A DNA stretch of 64,000 nucleotides from Gemmatimonadota bacterium (GCA_039588275.1 JBDHAC010000012.1:1-64000); one strand, 5' to 3'; shown: positions 1 to 9,595, counted from the first letter of the stretch. Made by a program: numbers and translations. Notes: generated by a model not told the origin, from the letters alone.

Positions 1-85
1 CCGCCGTAGACCGATTTCCGCACCCGAGGTGAAACAGCGTGAGCCCGACCACGGCTGACGCTCCTGCACGGGCTACTGATATCAT
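1..85 (-). CDS. 5' end of a probable lipoprotein (runs off window)
   Basis: ATG at 85 with GAGGG RBS; translation MISVARAGASAVVGLTLFHLGCGNRSTA has a hydrophobic stretch and LGC lipobox-like motif. Confidence 0.45.
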   Translation of the reverse strand, partial: MISVARAGASAVVGLTLFHLGCGNRSTA

Positions 86-187
86 GACAGCGAACCCTCA
101 ATCCACCGCGCTCGACACAAGTGTCGTCCCCCTCCGCGTGGAGACCGAACTTCGTTCGGGCCGGGGCCCCCGAAAGACTTCGGGCCG

Positions 188-874
188 TTAGGGCTCGCCC
201 TTGTCGCTATTGTCCTTCCGCCTGTCGAACATCGCCGTCCACCCCCGTTGGATAGCGTTCGCCGACCCGAGACCGACTGCCAGCGCGAAGGCGACCCCGA
301 TCGCGCCGAAAGCTATAAGGAAAGCGGCCAAGACAAGCTGCCGTGCGAGGTTGAGCTGCCAGAGCGCGATGGCACTGACCAAGGTCAGGAGTGCCGCCTT
401 GACGATCTTCGCCGCGAGCCCTGGACGCGGAGCTCCTTCCTCCTCGAGAGCGTTCACGACGCGGGCCGATACCTGGTTCGACAGGAACAGTCCCACGCTG
501 ATGATGAGAGCCACCAGAGCCAGGTTGGGGAGGTATGTGTTCAGTCTCTCGATGATGCTCGAGAGGACGGTGAGACCCCAAATGTCGAGGGCGTTGTTCA
601 GAAACACCAGCACGACCAGCACCATGGCGACGTTGCCGAGCAGGTTGTAGAGCGCGCCCCGCACATCCCCTCTGCCGAACGCCGCTCGCCACGCCACCTT
701 CCCGCTGAGACGGTCGAGGCGCAGCCAGATCAGGACTCGAACGACGACGCGTTTGAGGATCCACCCCACCGCCACACCGAGTGCCAGGATGAACATTCCG
801 GCCACGAGAGTCGGGAGGTACGCCGCGAAGCGCTGACCGAATTCCGCGAGTGGACCTGAAGGCTGGGCTTGCAT
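188..874 (-). CDS. Conserved TM-helix repeat membrane protein (CmpX / MscS N-terminal-like)
   Basis: 228 aa, about 5 TM segments, two repeats of the 'YLPxL' TM-helix signature and C-terminal 'ALAVGLG' motif. Confidence 0.75.
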   Translation of the reverse strand: MQAQPSGPLAEFGQRFAAYLPTLVAGMFILALGVAVGWILKRVVVRVLIWLRLDRLSGKVAWRAAFGRGDVRGALYNLLGNVAMVLVVLVFLNNALDIWGLTVLSSIIERLNTYLPNLALVALIISVGLFLSNQVSARVVNALEEEGAPRPGLAAKIVKAALLTLVSAIALWQLNLARQLVLAAFLIAFGAIGVAFALAVGLGSANAIQRGWTAMFDRRKDNSDKGEP

Positions 875-880
875 AGCTCC

Positions 881-3056
881 CTATTTCCTCGAAAAGAAGA
901 GGCGCTCGAACCGCAAGGCACGTCGTCCCTCCACCCCTCGTACCACGACGACGGGGTTTCGCCCTCCCTTGGCGATCACACCGGGGACCGTTTCGCCGAT
1001 GAGCGGTACGGCCGGGCCTGTGCGAGGGCCGCCGATGAGCACCAGGTCTCCCCTCCCGGCCGCGCTCGTGAGCCCTCGTCCAATCTCGCGCAGGCGCAAC
1101 ACTGCGAGCTCCTCGCTCAGGTCGGCCGCCTCGAGGGTGCGCTTCGCGCTCGCCACCAATTCGTCCGCCTCCGCCGCGCTCGCGTCCGGCTCGACTACCG
1201 TCACAGCCCACGTCGTGCTGTCCAGCCAGGCGGCGAAGCTGGGCGCCAGCTCCGCGGCGAGCCGGGAATTCTCGCTTCCAGTCACCGGCACGACGATCCT
1301 GCGAATCGACTCGGGCTCGATGGCCCCGTACACAATCCCCACGTGGCACGGCGCATCTTTGAGTACACGCTCGACGATCGACGCAACGAGGCGCTCGAAG
1401 AACGACTGCGCGTGCGGCTGGCCCATGACGAGGAAGTTGCACCTCTCCTCGCGAGCCGTCTGTACGAGGCCATGGCTGATGCGACGCGCGATCTTGACGA
1501 CGGGGTGCGCGACCACCCCCCGCCGCGCCGCGTATTCGACTGCTTCCGCAAGCACCGGTCGCAACTCACGGGCGCGCTTCCGGCCCGCCAGCAGCGGCTC
1601 GCCGTCTGGCACCTCGACCACCGTGACGACGACGAGCTCACCCTCGCGTCTCTTCGCGATCGCGAGGGCGGCTTCCATAAGCGAGTTGACGGTGTGGGGG
1701 CTCGCAAGCGCCACGAGCACCCGATATTCGCGCCGCTCGATGCGCTCCATCCATTCGGCACGCTCCGAGAACGCGGCCTCGCGCTTCCGGCTGTACACGT
1801 TGTAGAAGACGAAGCCCGCAGCGATCCAGCCCCCCGCGGCGGCCCATGCCAGCGGGTACTGGGTGAACATGAAGACTGCGATGAACAGCATCGTGGCGAT
1901 CGCCAGGATCGGCGTCACCGGCATGAACGGGACCTTGAAGCCCCGATCCAGCTCGGGGTGGGACCACTTCTTCGATCGGCAACGCGACGGCCATCCCGAT
2001 GATGATGAGCGCCGAGAGTAATATGGCCCAGTGGGGCGTGGATCGTTTCGGATGAACACGAGCCACGACCTGCGGCAGGCTCGCGTCCCGGGCCATCGCG
2101 AACGCCACCCGCGAGGACGAATAGATCGTGGCGTTGAGGGCCGACAGGGTCGAGAGAAGGCCGCCTGCCAGAATGACAATCGCACCGCCCACCACGAATT
2201 GGTCTGCCGCCGTCACCAGCGCGATCTCCTTCTGCTCCCCCAGGTACTGGGTGACGCTCATGCCAGGGGGCGGCGTTACCGCGCCGATCGCGACGAGCGC
2301 GACCAGCAGATAGATCGGGATGACGATGAGGAGGGAGAGAAAGACGGCTCGCGGCACGTTTCGCTTGGGATCCTCGACTTCCTCACTGGTCTGCGCGATG
2401 ATCTCGTATCCCTCGAAGGCGATGAACGTGAGTCCCATCGCCGCGAAGATCCCGGCCCACCCTTCCGTCATGAACGGAGTGAAGGATCCCTGCCAACCCG
2501 GGCGGTTCACCATTGTCCAGAGGCCCGCGACGATGAAGGCACCAATGATCGCGATCTTGCCGATCGTGACGACGTTGCCGGCTTTACCCGCCTCCGCCGC
2601 ACCCCGGTAGTTGATCAGGGTGAAGAATCCACAGGCGGCGACCGCCAGCCAGATCTCCATGCTGAACAAAGGGGGATGGAACTCGGGAGCGCCGACGAAC
2701 GAGAGCACCTCCTTGAAATAGGCGCCGAAGCCGAGCGCGTAGAGAGAGCAGGCCACCGCGTGCGCGAACCAGTCCATCCAGCCGGCCAGAAAGCCGCTGG
2801 GATCCGGTAGCGACCGCTTGATCCACAGGTAGCCGCCCCCCGCGCCGTGAATCGCACCTCCGAGCTCCGCATAGGCCATCGCCGTCAGCAGCGCCACGAG
2901 CCCATTGAGGAGGAAGACGACGAGAAGGGCGGGGCCGGCGACCCCCGCGGCGATCCCCGTGAGGACGAAGATCCCGGCACCGATCATGGCGCCGACACCA
3001 ATCATGGTGACGTCAATCAGCCGCATCTCGCGGCTGAGACGAATCTCTACGGCCAC
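881..3056 (-). pseudogene. APC-family amino acid permease fused to two universal-stress-protein (USP)-like domains; frameshifted by an apparent internal deletion near 1962
   Basis: ORF 1638..3056 has the APC TM1 motif GAMIGAGIF and FIAFEGYE; it goes out of frame after LPIEEV. The other frame resumes at HPELDRGFKVPF and continues into USP-like domains (RVLVALASP; RRIVVPVTGSENSRLA). About one TM helix is missing at the junction. Confidence 0.8.
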
Positions 3057-3120
3057 GTTCTGAGGCCCATCAGCAGCAACGGCGCCGCTTCTGTTGGGGA
3101 GCCCCGCGAGGCAGTATCGC

Positions 3121-4692
3121 CTAGCCGCACGGCATCATCTCCATGGGGTTGCCGCAACCCCCACCTCTTTCCTCGTAGGATGGGGACCACGGCAGCCAAC
3201 CGGAGCCGACCCTTCTCAGCGTGCCTTCAGCATGCTGGCTCAGGATCTCATAGACCGGTCCTCGCAGTTCGGCAGGAATCGACGTCCAGGGTGACTCTGT
3301 TTCAGCGAAGCGGAGATGCATGACCTCCGGTGCTGGGGCCTCCGACTCTCGTAGCGCCCTTCGCGGCACACCTCCCGTGGGCGGTGTGATCTGCTGGAGC
3401 AACCAGCGCACGTGTCTGACGCCGGCAGCCTCCTGGTGCGCTCCTTGCTCCTCGAATGCGGCCAGGCAATCGGCGACCTGCTCCCTCGTGTATCCGACAA
3501 CGGCTGGATCGAGCTTGAGGGCGGTCTGCATGGCGACGACACGCCGGCACTTCTCGCACCGGCCACATGGATACGCTCGACCGTTCGCCAGGTGAGCCGC
3601 GTGGCAGGACATCTGGTGTTGGAGAAGGTCCGGGTACCTGGCACTGAGCGTCTTTTGGACAAGAAGCTCGGAGAGCGGGCGAACCAGCGAGAACTGCTCG
3701 ACGCCCCAACCCTTCCGTCGGTAATAGCTCGACAGCGTCTCGTCGAAGAAACGACTCTGATCATACAGCGCATCGTAATGTGTGATGCCCAGATGGGACC
3801 TCCGCCGCGTCGTGTCGAACTCGTTGCCGACGGCCACGCGCCCGATTCCACGCTTCCGGACGACCGGTAGCGTCGCGAACAGAAAAACGGCCACCGTCCA
3901 CAGCCGGATCGGATACTCATCGGACCGGAGCCGGTGAAAATCGGTTCGTACAAATGGTAGATGGCGCAAGAACCAGGAGTAGACGCGGTCTGCGGAAGTC
4001 CAAACACGAGTGGTCTGATCCGCGCGCTGTGATGCAAACAGCCGATAACCGTTGAGCGCCGTATACCAGTGCCTCCCCGATTCATTGACGAATATGGCAT
4101 GGGCATCACACCCCACTTCGTCCAGCAGGCCGTAGCTCAGCAGGCTTTCTTTGCCTCCGCTTGAGAGCACGGCCACCCGCTCGGGAGAAGCAAACCAGCG
4201 CTCGGTGGGCAGCACGAATCCGTCGGATTCGTCTGCGTCCGGAAATGAAAGCTGGGCCTGCAGGTAGCTCGGCAGCCGAGCGGGTGGCACGGGCCCGAAG
4301 CCGCGAACCAGGAACGGGTTCGGCCTCAAAATCTTGTGGACGAAGATCTCTCTGGCGGTGTTTGCGGCCATCCTCCCGAGGAGCTCCCGGTCCCGCGATT
4401 CGTACAGACCTCGGAACTCGATCTCTCGGACGAAGAGGCCATAATTCAGGGCAACCTGAGCGACGATCATGGAAGCGAGGTTACGGCTCGCCAAATCGCT
4501 GGGGTCGAACACGTCTTCTGCGTACCGAAACGCCAATTTCGTCGCGCTCGTTTCGCCACCGATTGTCACCCGGTAGGCCGCCGAGCAAGTACGACTCGTG
4601 AGCTCGACCGGGCCCACTTCGAGTCGGTCGATGACCCTCAGCGGCGCCAGCGCGTCGGCGGCACCTACGCTCGGCTGTCGTCGCGTCTGCAC
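3121..4692 (-). CDS. PP-loop (adenine nucleotide alpha-hydrolase) enzyme, MurL/QueC-like, with C-terminal Cys cluster
   Basis: SSGGKES PP-loop motif; SCH...CGRCEKC metal-binding motif. Start uncertain (GTG 4692 chosen; open frame extends to 4785). Confidence 0.75.
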   Translation of the reverse strand: MQTRRQPSVGAADALAPLRVIDRLEVGPVELTSRTCSAAYRVTIGGETSATKLAFRYAEDVFDPSDLASRNLASMIVAQVALNYGLFVREIEFRGLYESRDRELLGRMAANTAREIFVHKILRPNPFLVRGFGPVPPARLPSYLQAQLSFPDADESDGFVLPTERWFASPERVAVLSSGGKESLLSYGLLDEVGCDAHAIFVNESGRHWYTALNGYRLFASQRADQTTRVWTSADRVYSWFLRHLPFVRTDFHRLRSDEYPIRLWTVAVFLFATLPVVRKRGIGRVAVGNEFDTTRRRSHLGITHYDALYDQSRFFDETLSSYYRRKGWGVEQFSLVRPLSELLVQKTLSARYPDLLQHQMSCHAAHLANGRAYPCGRCEKCRRVVAMQTALKLDPAVVGYTREQVADCLAAFEEQGAHQEAAGVRHVRWLLQQITPPTGGVPRRALRESEAPAPEVMHLRFAETESPWTSIPAELRGPVYEILSQHAEGTLRRVGSGWLPWSPSYEERGGGCGNPMEMMPCG

Positions 4693-4708
4693 GGCCGCAA
4701 CCGCTGCC

Positions 4709-5806
4709 TCACGCCACTCTCTTGAGGTTCTTCGTTCTGGCGGCGATGACGCCGACCAGGCGATCTGCACCCTCCCGCAGCACATCGACGGCGGCCAGCC
4801 CGGTCTGTTGCTCGATCTCGGAGCACGCCGTGGTGGCGGCCGATGGGTCCAGGTTCTCGGGGTTTATCGCGATGCCGATCACAGGTCGGCCGGAGACGAG
4901 CTCGATCGCCCGTATCTGGTGATCGAGCGGTTGAATCGGATATCCGGGGAAGCCGTCGTAATCTCTTCGGCCCGGAGCGTGCTGGAGCACTACCCCGTGA
5001 GGCCGGGCCGCGGCCAGGATTTCGTAGCCGCCGGGGTAGGCCGGGTTCATGAGGCTCCCCTGACCCTCGATCACGATGACGTCAGGTCGCACCTCGTCCC
5101 ATGCGCTCCACACCGCGTGCTCCAGCTCGCCGGCGACGAAATCGTTCACCAGAGCGTCGAGCACGATTCCGTACCGCGCGCCTTGCAACCACGCGGTCTG
5201 ACCTGTCCCGACCAATTCCGCCCGGAGGCGCCGAGCGTTTAACCCATCGAGAAGGGCCCACGCGGTGGTGCGTTTGCCGACCGCCGAGTCGGTCCCCAGA
5301 ACAGCGACGCGGTAGGACCGGACTTCCCGAATCTTTCCTGTGAAGAAGTGAAGCTGGCTCCGAGCCGGTGTGTCTCGAACATCGCGTATCTTCACCCCGC
5401 GCTGCCAGCTGAGCTCGCTGAGGTCAGGATCTTCCGACAACAAGTCATGTAGGCCCGAATCGATATTCAAGCCGTGTCGGATCGCGTCGTCCACGGCTCC
5501 GCGCAGCTCCGGTGTCAGCCGGCCTCCGTCCGGCGCCAGTCCGATGACGAAATGAGTCAGGTGGCGGGGCCAATGGTCGATCTTCAGAGCAGCATGAAGG
5601 TCAGGGACGATTGGAATACGCCTCGCCGGCCGATCGAGGCCAAGGACCGCGCCGGCCTCCTCCCCCGCCAGCGACGAATCGATGACGGAGGAGATTCGGT
5701 AGCGGTGCGAACGGCGGATGAGACCGTGGGCCGTCTTTCCGTACGTCGAACCGAACGCCCCTTCACAATAAACAACCGCGTTGGCGACAGGCTCTATTCT
5801 AATCAT
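4709..5806 (-). CDS. DUF1611 family protein (DgcN-like; N-terminal Rossmann-like domain + P-loop domain)
   Basis: GKTAHGLIR, GLAPDGG, SGLH, GTDSAVGKRTT, TGQT and IEGQGSL motifs typical of DUF1611. Confidence 0.88.
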   Translation of the reverse strand: MIRIEPVANAVVYCEGAFGSTYGKTAHGLIRRSHRYRISSVIDSSLAGEEAGAVLGLDRPARRIPIVPDLHAALKIDHWPRHLTHFVIGLAPDGGRLTPELRGAVDDAIRHGLNIDSGLHDLLSEDPDLSELSWQRGVKIRDVRDTPARSQLHFFTGKIREVRSYRVAVLGTDSAVGKRTTAWALLDGLNARRLRAELVGTGQTAWLQGARYGIVLDALVNDFVAGELEHAVWSAWDEVRPDVIVIEGQGSLMNPAYPGGYEILAAARPHGVVLQHAPGRRDYDGFPGYPIQPLDHQIRAIELVSGRPVIGIAINPENLDPSAATTACSEIEQQTGLAAVDVLREGADRLVGVIAARTKNLKRVA

Positions 5807-6888
5807 CGGCGGCTCGTAATGATGACGACATAGCGGTCGGGTGGAAGTGGACTACGACGCTGTAGTTGAAGCAGCGAGCAAAGTCCGGCCGTAGCGGCCG
5901 GAAGCACGTAAAGACCCTCCTCTTGCCGGAGCAGCTTGGCCGCCGCGTTGAGCTCTCGGTCGCTCACCTCCGCGGCCCAACCATCTGACTCGTGGATGGC
6001 GCGAAGCGCGGCGTCTCCGTCCGCAGCGTGCCAGTTGATCAAGGGTTCGTTGACTTTGGTGTTTCTGACACTCCCGGGTTCGAGGTCCAGACATTCGTTC
6101 AGTTGTGCGAGCGCCGCACGGATGATGGGGTTTTGTCGACGTGCCGAGCCGGCGGCCATGTGCGGCAGACGGGACAGCTTGCCTCGGCGGTACAGTATGG
6201 CGAATCCCCGATGGATCCCGGCCAAGGTCGTTCCATTCGATACCGGTATTCCGACCACCGCTGGCGAATCGTGGAATTCATCGAAGATCTCCCGGGCGAT
6301 CTCCGCATAGGTGAGCATTTGCAATGCAGCGTTCTCCCCTCCCGGGTTGGCGTCGTAGGCTTCTTCACGCTCCGCGAACGCTCGCGACACCTCAACCGCT
6401 GCCTCATAGTCGCCCGGAGTGCGAATCACCTCGGCGCCCAGCTCTTCGATCTCGGCTTCCCTCTGGGATCGGTAGTCGGCGGGCATATGCACGACGCAGC
6501 GAAACCCTGCGAGCGAAGCTGCAAAGGCCATCGCCACACCGTAGTTTCCGCACGTTGCGAGCGTCACCGCGTCGAAGCCGCGGCGTAACGCATCGTGCAC
6601 CTGGGCGAAGGCGATCCGGTCTTTTTGACTCCCAGTGGGGTTGCCCGCTTCGAACTTGAGGAACAGGCGTCGAACTCCGGTCTCCCGCTCCACGTTTCGT
6701 GCACGCGTGAGGCTGGTGTCCCCGACCTCAGCCGCGACGAGATCCTCGTAGGCCTCCAACCGCGCGCCGAGTGGCTGAGATGTGTTTCGAGCCACATCGC
6801 GCCAACGAACGAGTTCGTCGCCTGTCCGTAGGAACTCGTGGGTCCGGTTCGGACGGACCTCGAGTGAGTGGTCCACCATCGTGATCAC
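5803..6888 (-). CDS. PLP-dependent fold-type II enzyme (threonine synthase-like)
   Basis: LFLKFEAGNPTGSQKDR (PLP lysine), ATCGNYG, PVSNGT phosphate loop; 4-bp overlap with the DUF1611 gene. Confidence 0.88.
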   Translation of the reverse strand: MITMVDHSLEVRPNRTHEFLRTGDELVRWRDVARNTSQPLGARLEAYEDLVAAEVGDTSLTRARNVERETGVRRLFLKFEAGNPTGSQKDRIAFAQVHDALRRGFDAVTLATCGNYGVAMAFAASLAGFRCVVHMPADYRSQREAEIEELGAEVIRTPGDYEAAVEVSRAFAEREEAYDANPGGENAALQMLTYAEIAREIFDEFHDSPAVVGIPVSNGTTLAGIHRGFAILYRRGKLSRLPHMAAGSARRQNPIIRAALAQLNECLDLEPGSVRNTKVNEPLINWHAADGDAALRAIHESDGWAAEVSDRELNAAAKLLRQEEGLYVLPAATAGLCSLLQLQRRSPLPPDRYVVIITSRR

Positions 6889-6924
6889 GGTTTCGCCTGC
6901 TGTGAAGCTGGCCGGCTTCGGCCG

Positions 6925-7094
6925 CTAACCGTTGCTCGCCGGAGCGACGCGTTGTCCTGATTGCGCCGCCTGCCGTGGTCTGACTTTGAGGTCGATCTTG
7001 GCGTTGACGATTCGTCCGTTCTCGTCCGTCTCCCAATCGAACCCGATGTCTTCGAGGACGCCGAGATCCGTATTCGTTCGTTCCCTCGATTCAT
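6925..7094 (-). pseudogene. Small hypothetical protein, probably frameshifted just after the start
   Basis: ATG 7094 has a GAGGA RBS, but host-like codon usage is in the -1 frame (DLGVLEDIGFDWETDENGRIVNAKIDLKVRPR, stop at 6925). Confidence 0.35.
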
Positions 7095-7102
7095 CGGTTC
7101 CT

Positions 7103-7312
7103 CTATGCAGCCTCATCCTCATCGTCGAGGTCTTCGTCCTCCCACTCCTCATCCTCCTCATCCCAGTCAACCTCTTCGGCCAGGTCTTTGTCGTCCTCCC
7201 AGTCCCAATCGTCTTCGTCTCTGCTGCTGCGACCGCGCTTGCTGGGTCCCTCGTCTTCCCATTCCTGTCGTGAGGCGTCGTGCATCCGCTCGAACTCGTC
7301 CCTGTTCCACAT
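7103..7312 (-). CDS. Small, extremely acidic Trp-containing protein (69 aa)
   Basis: RBS (AGAAAGG/AGGAA) before ATG; about half of the residues are D/E, with 6 Trp; GC-rich third codon positions. Confidence 0.65.
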   Translation of the reverse strand: MWNRDEFERMHDASRQEWEDEGPSKRGRSSRDEDDWDWEDDKDLAEEVDWDEEDEEWEDEDLDDEDEAA

Positions 7313-7470
7313 CGTTCCTGCTGCCTTTCTGTTAGTGGTCGCGGTGAGTACAGGTGCTCACTGATCCCGAGAAGAGAAGCGCCGGACGAGGGCGATGGAC
7401 CGGTGGTCGGAGCGGCTCTTGTGGCCGGCGACCAACCGTTCGAAGTTCCGCGCTCGCCCGGCACGCTCCA

Positions 7471-7608
7471 CTATCGGCTTGGCCCCATCCTGGCCGAGCG
7501 TCCCCCGCCCCGCGTCTTTTTCCGGCCGACCCGCTTTGACTTTGTCGCAGGGTCCTTTCTGGGAGCGGTCTTCTTCCGGCTCTTCGCCTGTTTGGCCGGT
7601 TTCTTCAT
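7471..7608 (-). CDS. Small, highly basic (histone H1-like) peptide, 45 aa; may extend to 7358 if a G is missing in a G-run
   Basis: CAGGAG RBS then ATG at 7608; MKKPAKQAKSRKKTAPRKDPATKSKRVGRKKTRGGGRSARMGPSR (19 K/R); below the ORF-track size cutoff. Confidence 0.55.
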   Translation of the reverse strand: MKKPAKQAKSRKKTAPRKDPATKSKRVGRKKTRGGGRSARMGPSR

Positions 7609-7707
7609 GGGCGTCTCCTGTGGGTTCGAGGTTCACCTCAGATCGGAGTTCCCCGACCGGGTTCCGAGTAGCAGCCCCGAGCGGCCTACTAACCAGGGAA
7701 GCACCAA

Positions 7708-7724
7708 GGCACCGAGCGTGCCTG
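7708..7724 (-). promoter_or_regulatory. Putative sigma54 (-24/-12) promoter for the leftward operon
   Basis: Minus strand CAGGCACGCTCGGTGCC = GG-N10-GC with GGCACG core, about 100 bp upstream of ATG 7608 and next to a divergent sigma54 activator gene. Confidence 0.65.
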
Positions 7725-7830
7725 AATGCCCGATTGCGTCGCATCACCCGTAAGTCTCTGACAAACAGTAGGGTTACGGCACGCTAGGCTTGCCGTGGGG
7801 CGCTGGCGGCTTGACCGAAATCGGATGACA

Positions 7831-7880
7831 AGTGCCGGTCTACTCGGTATATTGATACCGAGTAGACACAAACCGGCACT
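7831..7880. repeat. Long inverted repeat (candidate enhancer/operator)
   Basis: GTCTACTCGGTAT-ATTG-ATACCGAGTAGAC perfect 13-bp arms, extended by AGTGCCGG(T)/(A)CCGGCACT outer arms. Confidence 0.8.
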
Positions 7881-7891
7881 GAGATACCGAT

Positions 7892-9310
7892 ATGCTACTC
7901 AGGACTCTTCTGGCTACCGGATCGGACCCGCTTCGAGAGGTGATCGTCAGGCTGCTCGATTCACCGGATCTCAAGCTGTCGTTCACCCGACACCCCGCCG
8001 CACTGTGGGCAAAGCTGGCCCGGGAGGAATACGACCTGGTCATCGCCGCCTACGGCGATCTGCCGGCCCCCGCGGAGAACACGATCTCCACCATCCGCGC
8101 GCTGCCGGACGCACCCGAGATCATCGTGCTGACCGAGAAGGACGATCCCGAGGAGCGAGCGGCCCTGATCGCGGCGGGAGCGATCGGCGTCATCTACCGC
8201 CACGTATCCGACGCTCGATTAGGTGAGGCGCTGCAATCGCTGGTCGAACGGCGCCGCGAAGTCGTCGAACGCAGGGTCATGACGGATCAAACGCAGGTGA
8301 GGTCGCAGCTGTCCGACTTCGCTTCGGAGAGCGAGGCGATGGCCAACCTTCTGGTCATGGCTCGGCGCGTGGCCGAGGCGGATACGTCCGTACTCGTCCT
8401 CGGCGAAACCGGCGTGGGGAAGGAATGGCTCGCTCGGGCTATCCACGAAAACAGCCTCAGGAGCCAGGGACCTTTCGTGGCGGTCAACTGCGCGGCGCTG
8501 CCTGAAGGGCTCCTGGAAAGCGAGCTGTTCGGCCACACCAAGGGCGCTTTCACGGGCGCTCATCGAGCACGCCGAGGGTTTTTCGAACTCGCGCACGGCG
8601 GCACGCTATTCCTCGACGAAGTCGGAGAGATGCCGGTGGCGCTCCAGGCCAAGCTGCTTCGGGCCCTTCAGGAACATGAGGTTCGCCCCGTTGGGGGCGA
8701 GGAAAGTGTTCCTGTTGATGTTCGAATCATGGCCGCGAGCAATCGTGACCTCGAAGAAGCAATGGCCGACAAGCAGTTTCGCGCCGACTTGTTCTATCGC
8801 CTGAGCGTCATCGTTCTGACCGTGCCGCGGTTGGCCGATCGGCGGGAGGACATCCTGGTGCTCCTGGATACCTATGTGGCTCGTTTCGCGGAGCAGATGA
8901 ACCGGCCCGTCGATGGGATCGCTGATGACGCCACGCAGGCGCTGGCGGCCTATGACTGGCCGGGGAACGTGCGTGAGCTGATCAACGTGATCGAGCGGGC
9001 CGTCCTGCTGAGTGATGGCGGGGAGCTGACCATGGACGATCTGCCCGTGAACATCGCCGGACAGTCACCGGCGTTGGACGCCGCTTCTACGCCGCGAGGC
9101 TCGTTCGAGGAGTGGCTATCGAAGCCGCTACTCGAGGCCAGAGAGCAGATCGTGGAGCGCTTCGAGCGGGAGTACCTCGTCAGGACTCTGGAGGACTGTC
9201 GCGGTCGCGTGGGGGAGGCTGCTCGTCGAGCGAAGGTCGATCCTAGGACCCTCTACAACAAGATGCAGCGATACGGGCTCACCAAAGCCCAGTTTCGTCA
9301 GGTTCGATGA
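7892..9310 (+). CDS. Sigma54-dependent enhancer-binding protein (NtrC/AtoC family) with atypical receiver domain
   Basis: Walker [22 protein letters not shown], Walker [14 protein letters not shown]-terminal Fis-type HTH. Confidence 0.95.
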   Translation: MLLRTLLATGSDPLREVIVRLLDSPDLKLSFTRHPAALWAKLAREEYDLVIAAYGDLPAPAENTISTIRALPDAPEIIVLTEKDDPEERAALIAAGAIGVIYRHVSDARLGEALQSLVERRREVVERRVMTDQTQVRSQLSDFASESEAMANLLVMARRVAEADTSVLVLGETGVGKEWLARAIHENSLRSQGPFVAVNCAALPEGLLESELFGHTKGAFTGAHRARRGFFELAHGGTLFLDEVGEMPVALQAKLLRALQEHEVRPVGGEESVPVDVRIMAASNRDLEEAMADKQFRADLFYRLSVIVLTVPRLADRREDILVLLDTYVARFAEQMNRPVDGIADDATQALAAYDWPGNVRELINVIERAVLLSDGGELTMDDLPVNIAGQSPALDAASTPRGSFEEWLSKPLLEAREQIVERFEREYLVRTLEDCRGRVGEAARRAKVDPRTLYNKMQRYGLTKAQFRQVR

Positions 9311-9396
9311 CAGACACGCCGAGGTCCGGCGGATCACCTTGGCCAGCCCGCCTGGCGAGGGGTCCCCGCAGGCGGCTGTCTAATCAGTAGATCCTC

Positions 9397-9510
9397 TTAC
9401 TTGCGCTTCGCTCGATAGAGCCAGCCGCGATGCACGACCGCGTCGTTTTGAACGGTCACGAAAGCGTCGGGGTCGTGCCGCTCGATGACTCGGATCACGT
9501 CTCGCGGGAA
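9397..9510 (-). pseudogene. C-terminal remnant of a DUF2179/YitT-type protein
   Basis: Translation RDVIRVIERHDPDAFVTVQNDAVVHRGWLYRAKRK* resembles the 'DPxAF(I/V)TV' C-terminal domain; no N-terminal part present. Confidence 0.45.
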
Positions 9511-9595
9511 GTAGATAATCCCCTCGGTTCCATTGCAGCGGTGGAGGTCAAATTGCTGTTGCGGTTGAGCACCCCTGGCTGCCAGCAGCGGCCGC

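Noticed and set aside
3121..4692. QueC-like protein as part of an anti-phage system (QatC, type IV CBASS) or queuosine synthesis
   Set aside because: No qat, cyclase, TGT or queDEF neighbours; context is amino acid metabolism and transport
6885..7094. 69-aa ORF MNRGNERIRIS... as given in the ORF track
   Set aside because: Ser/Thr/Arg-rich off-frame codon pattern; the neighbouring frame looks coding, so it is treated as a probable frameshifted gene (not fully excluded, since its stop overlaps the next start)
7778..7793. Plus-strand GGCACG...TTGC as a sigma54 promoter for the activator gene
   Set aside because: Spacing is GG-N12-GC, not the strictly required N10
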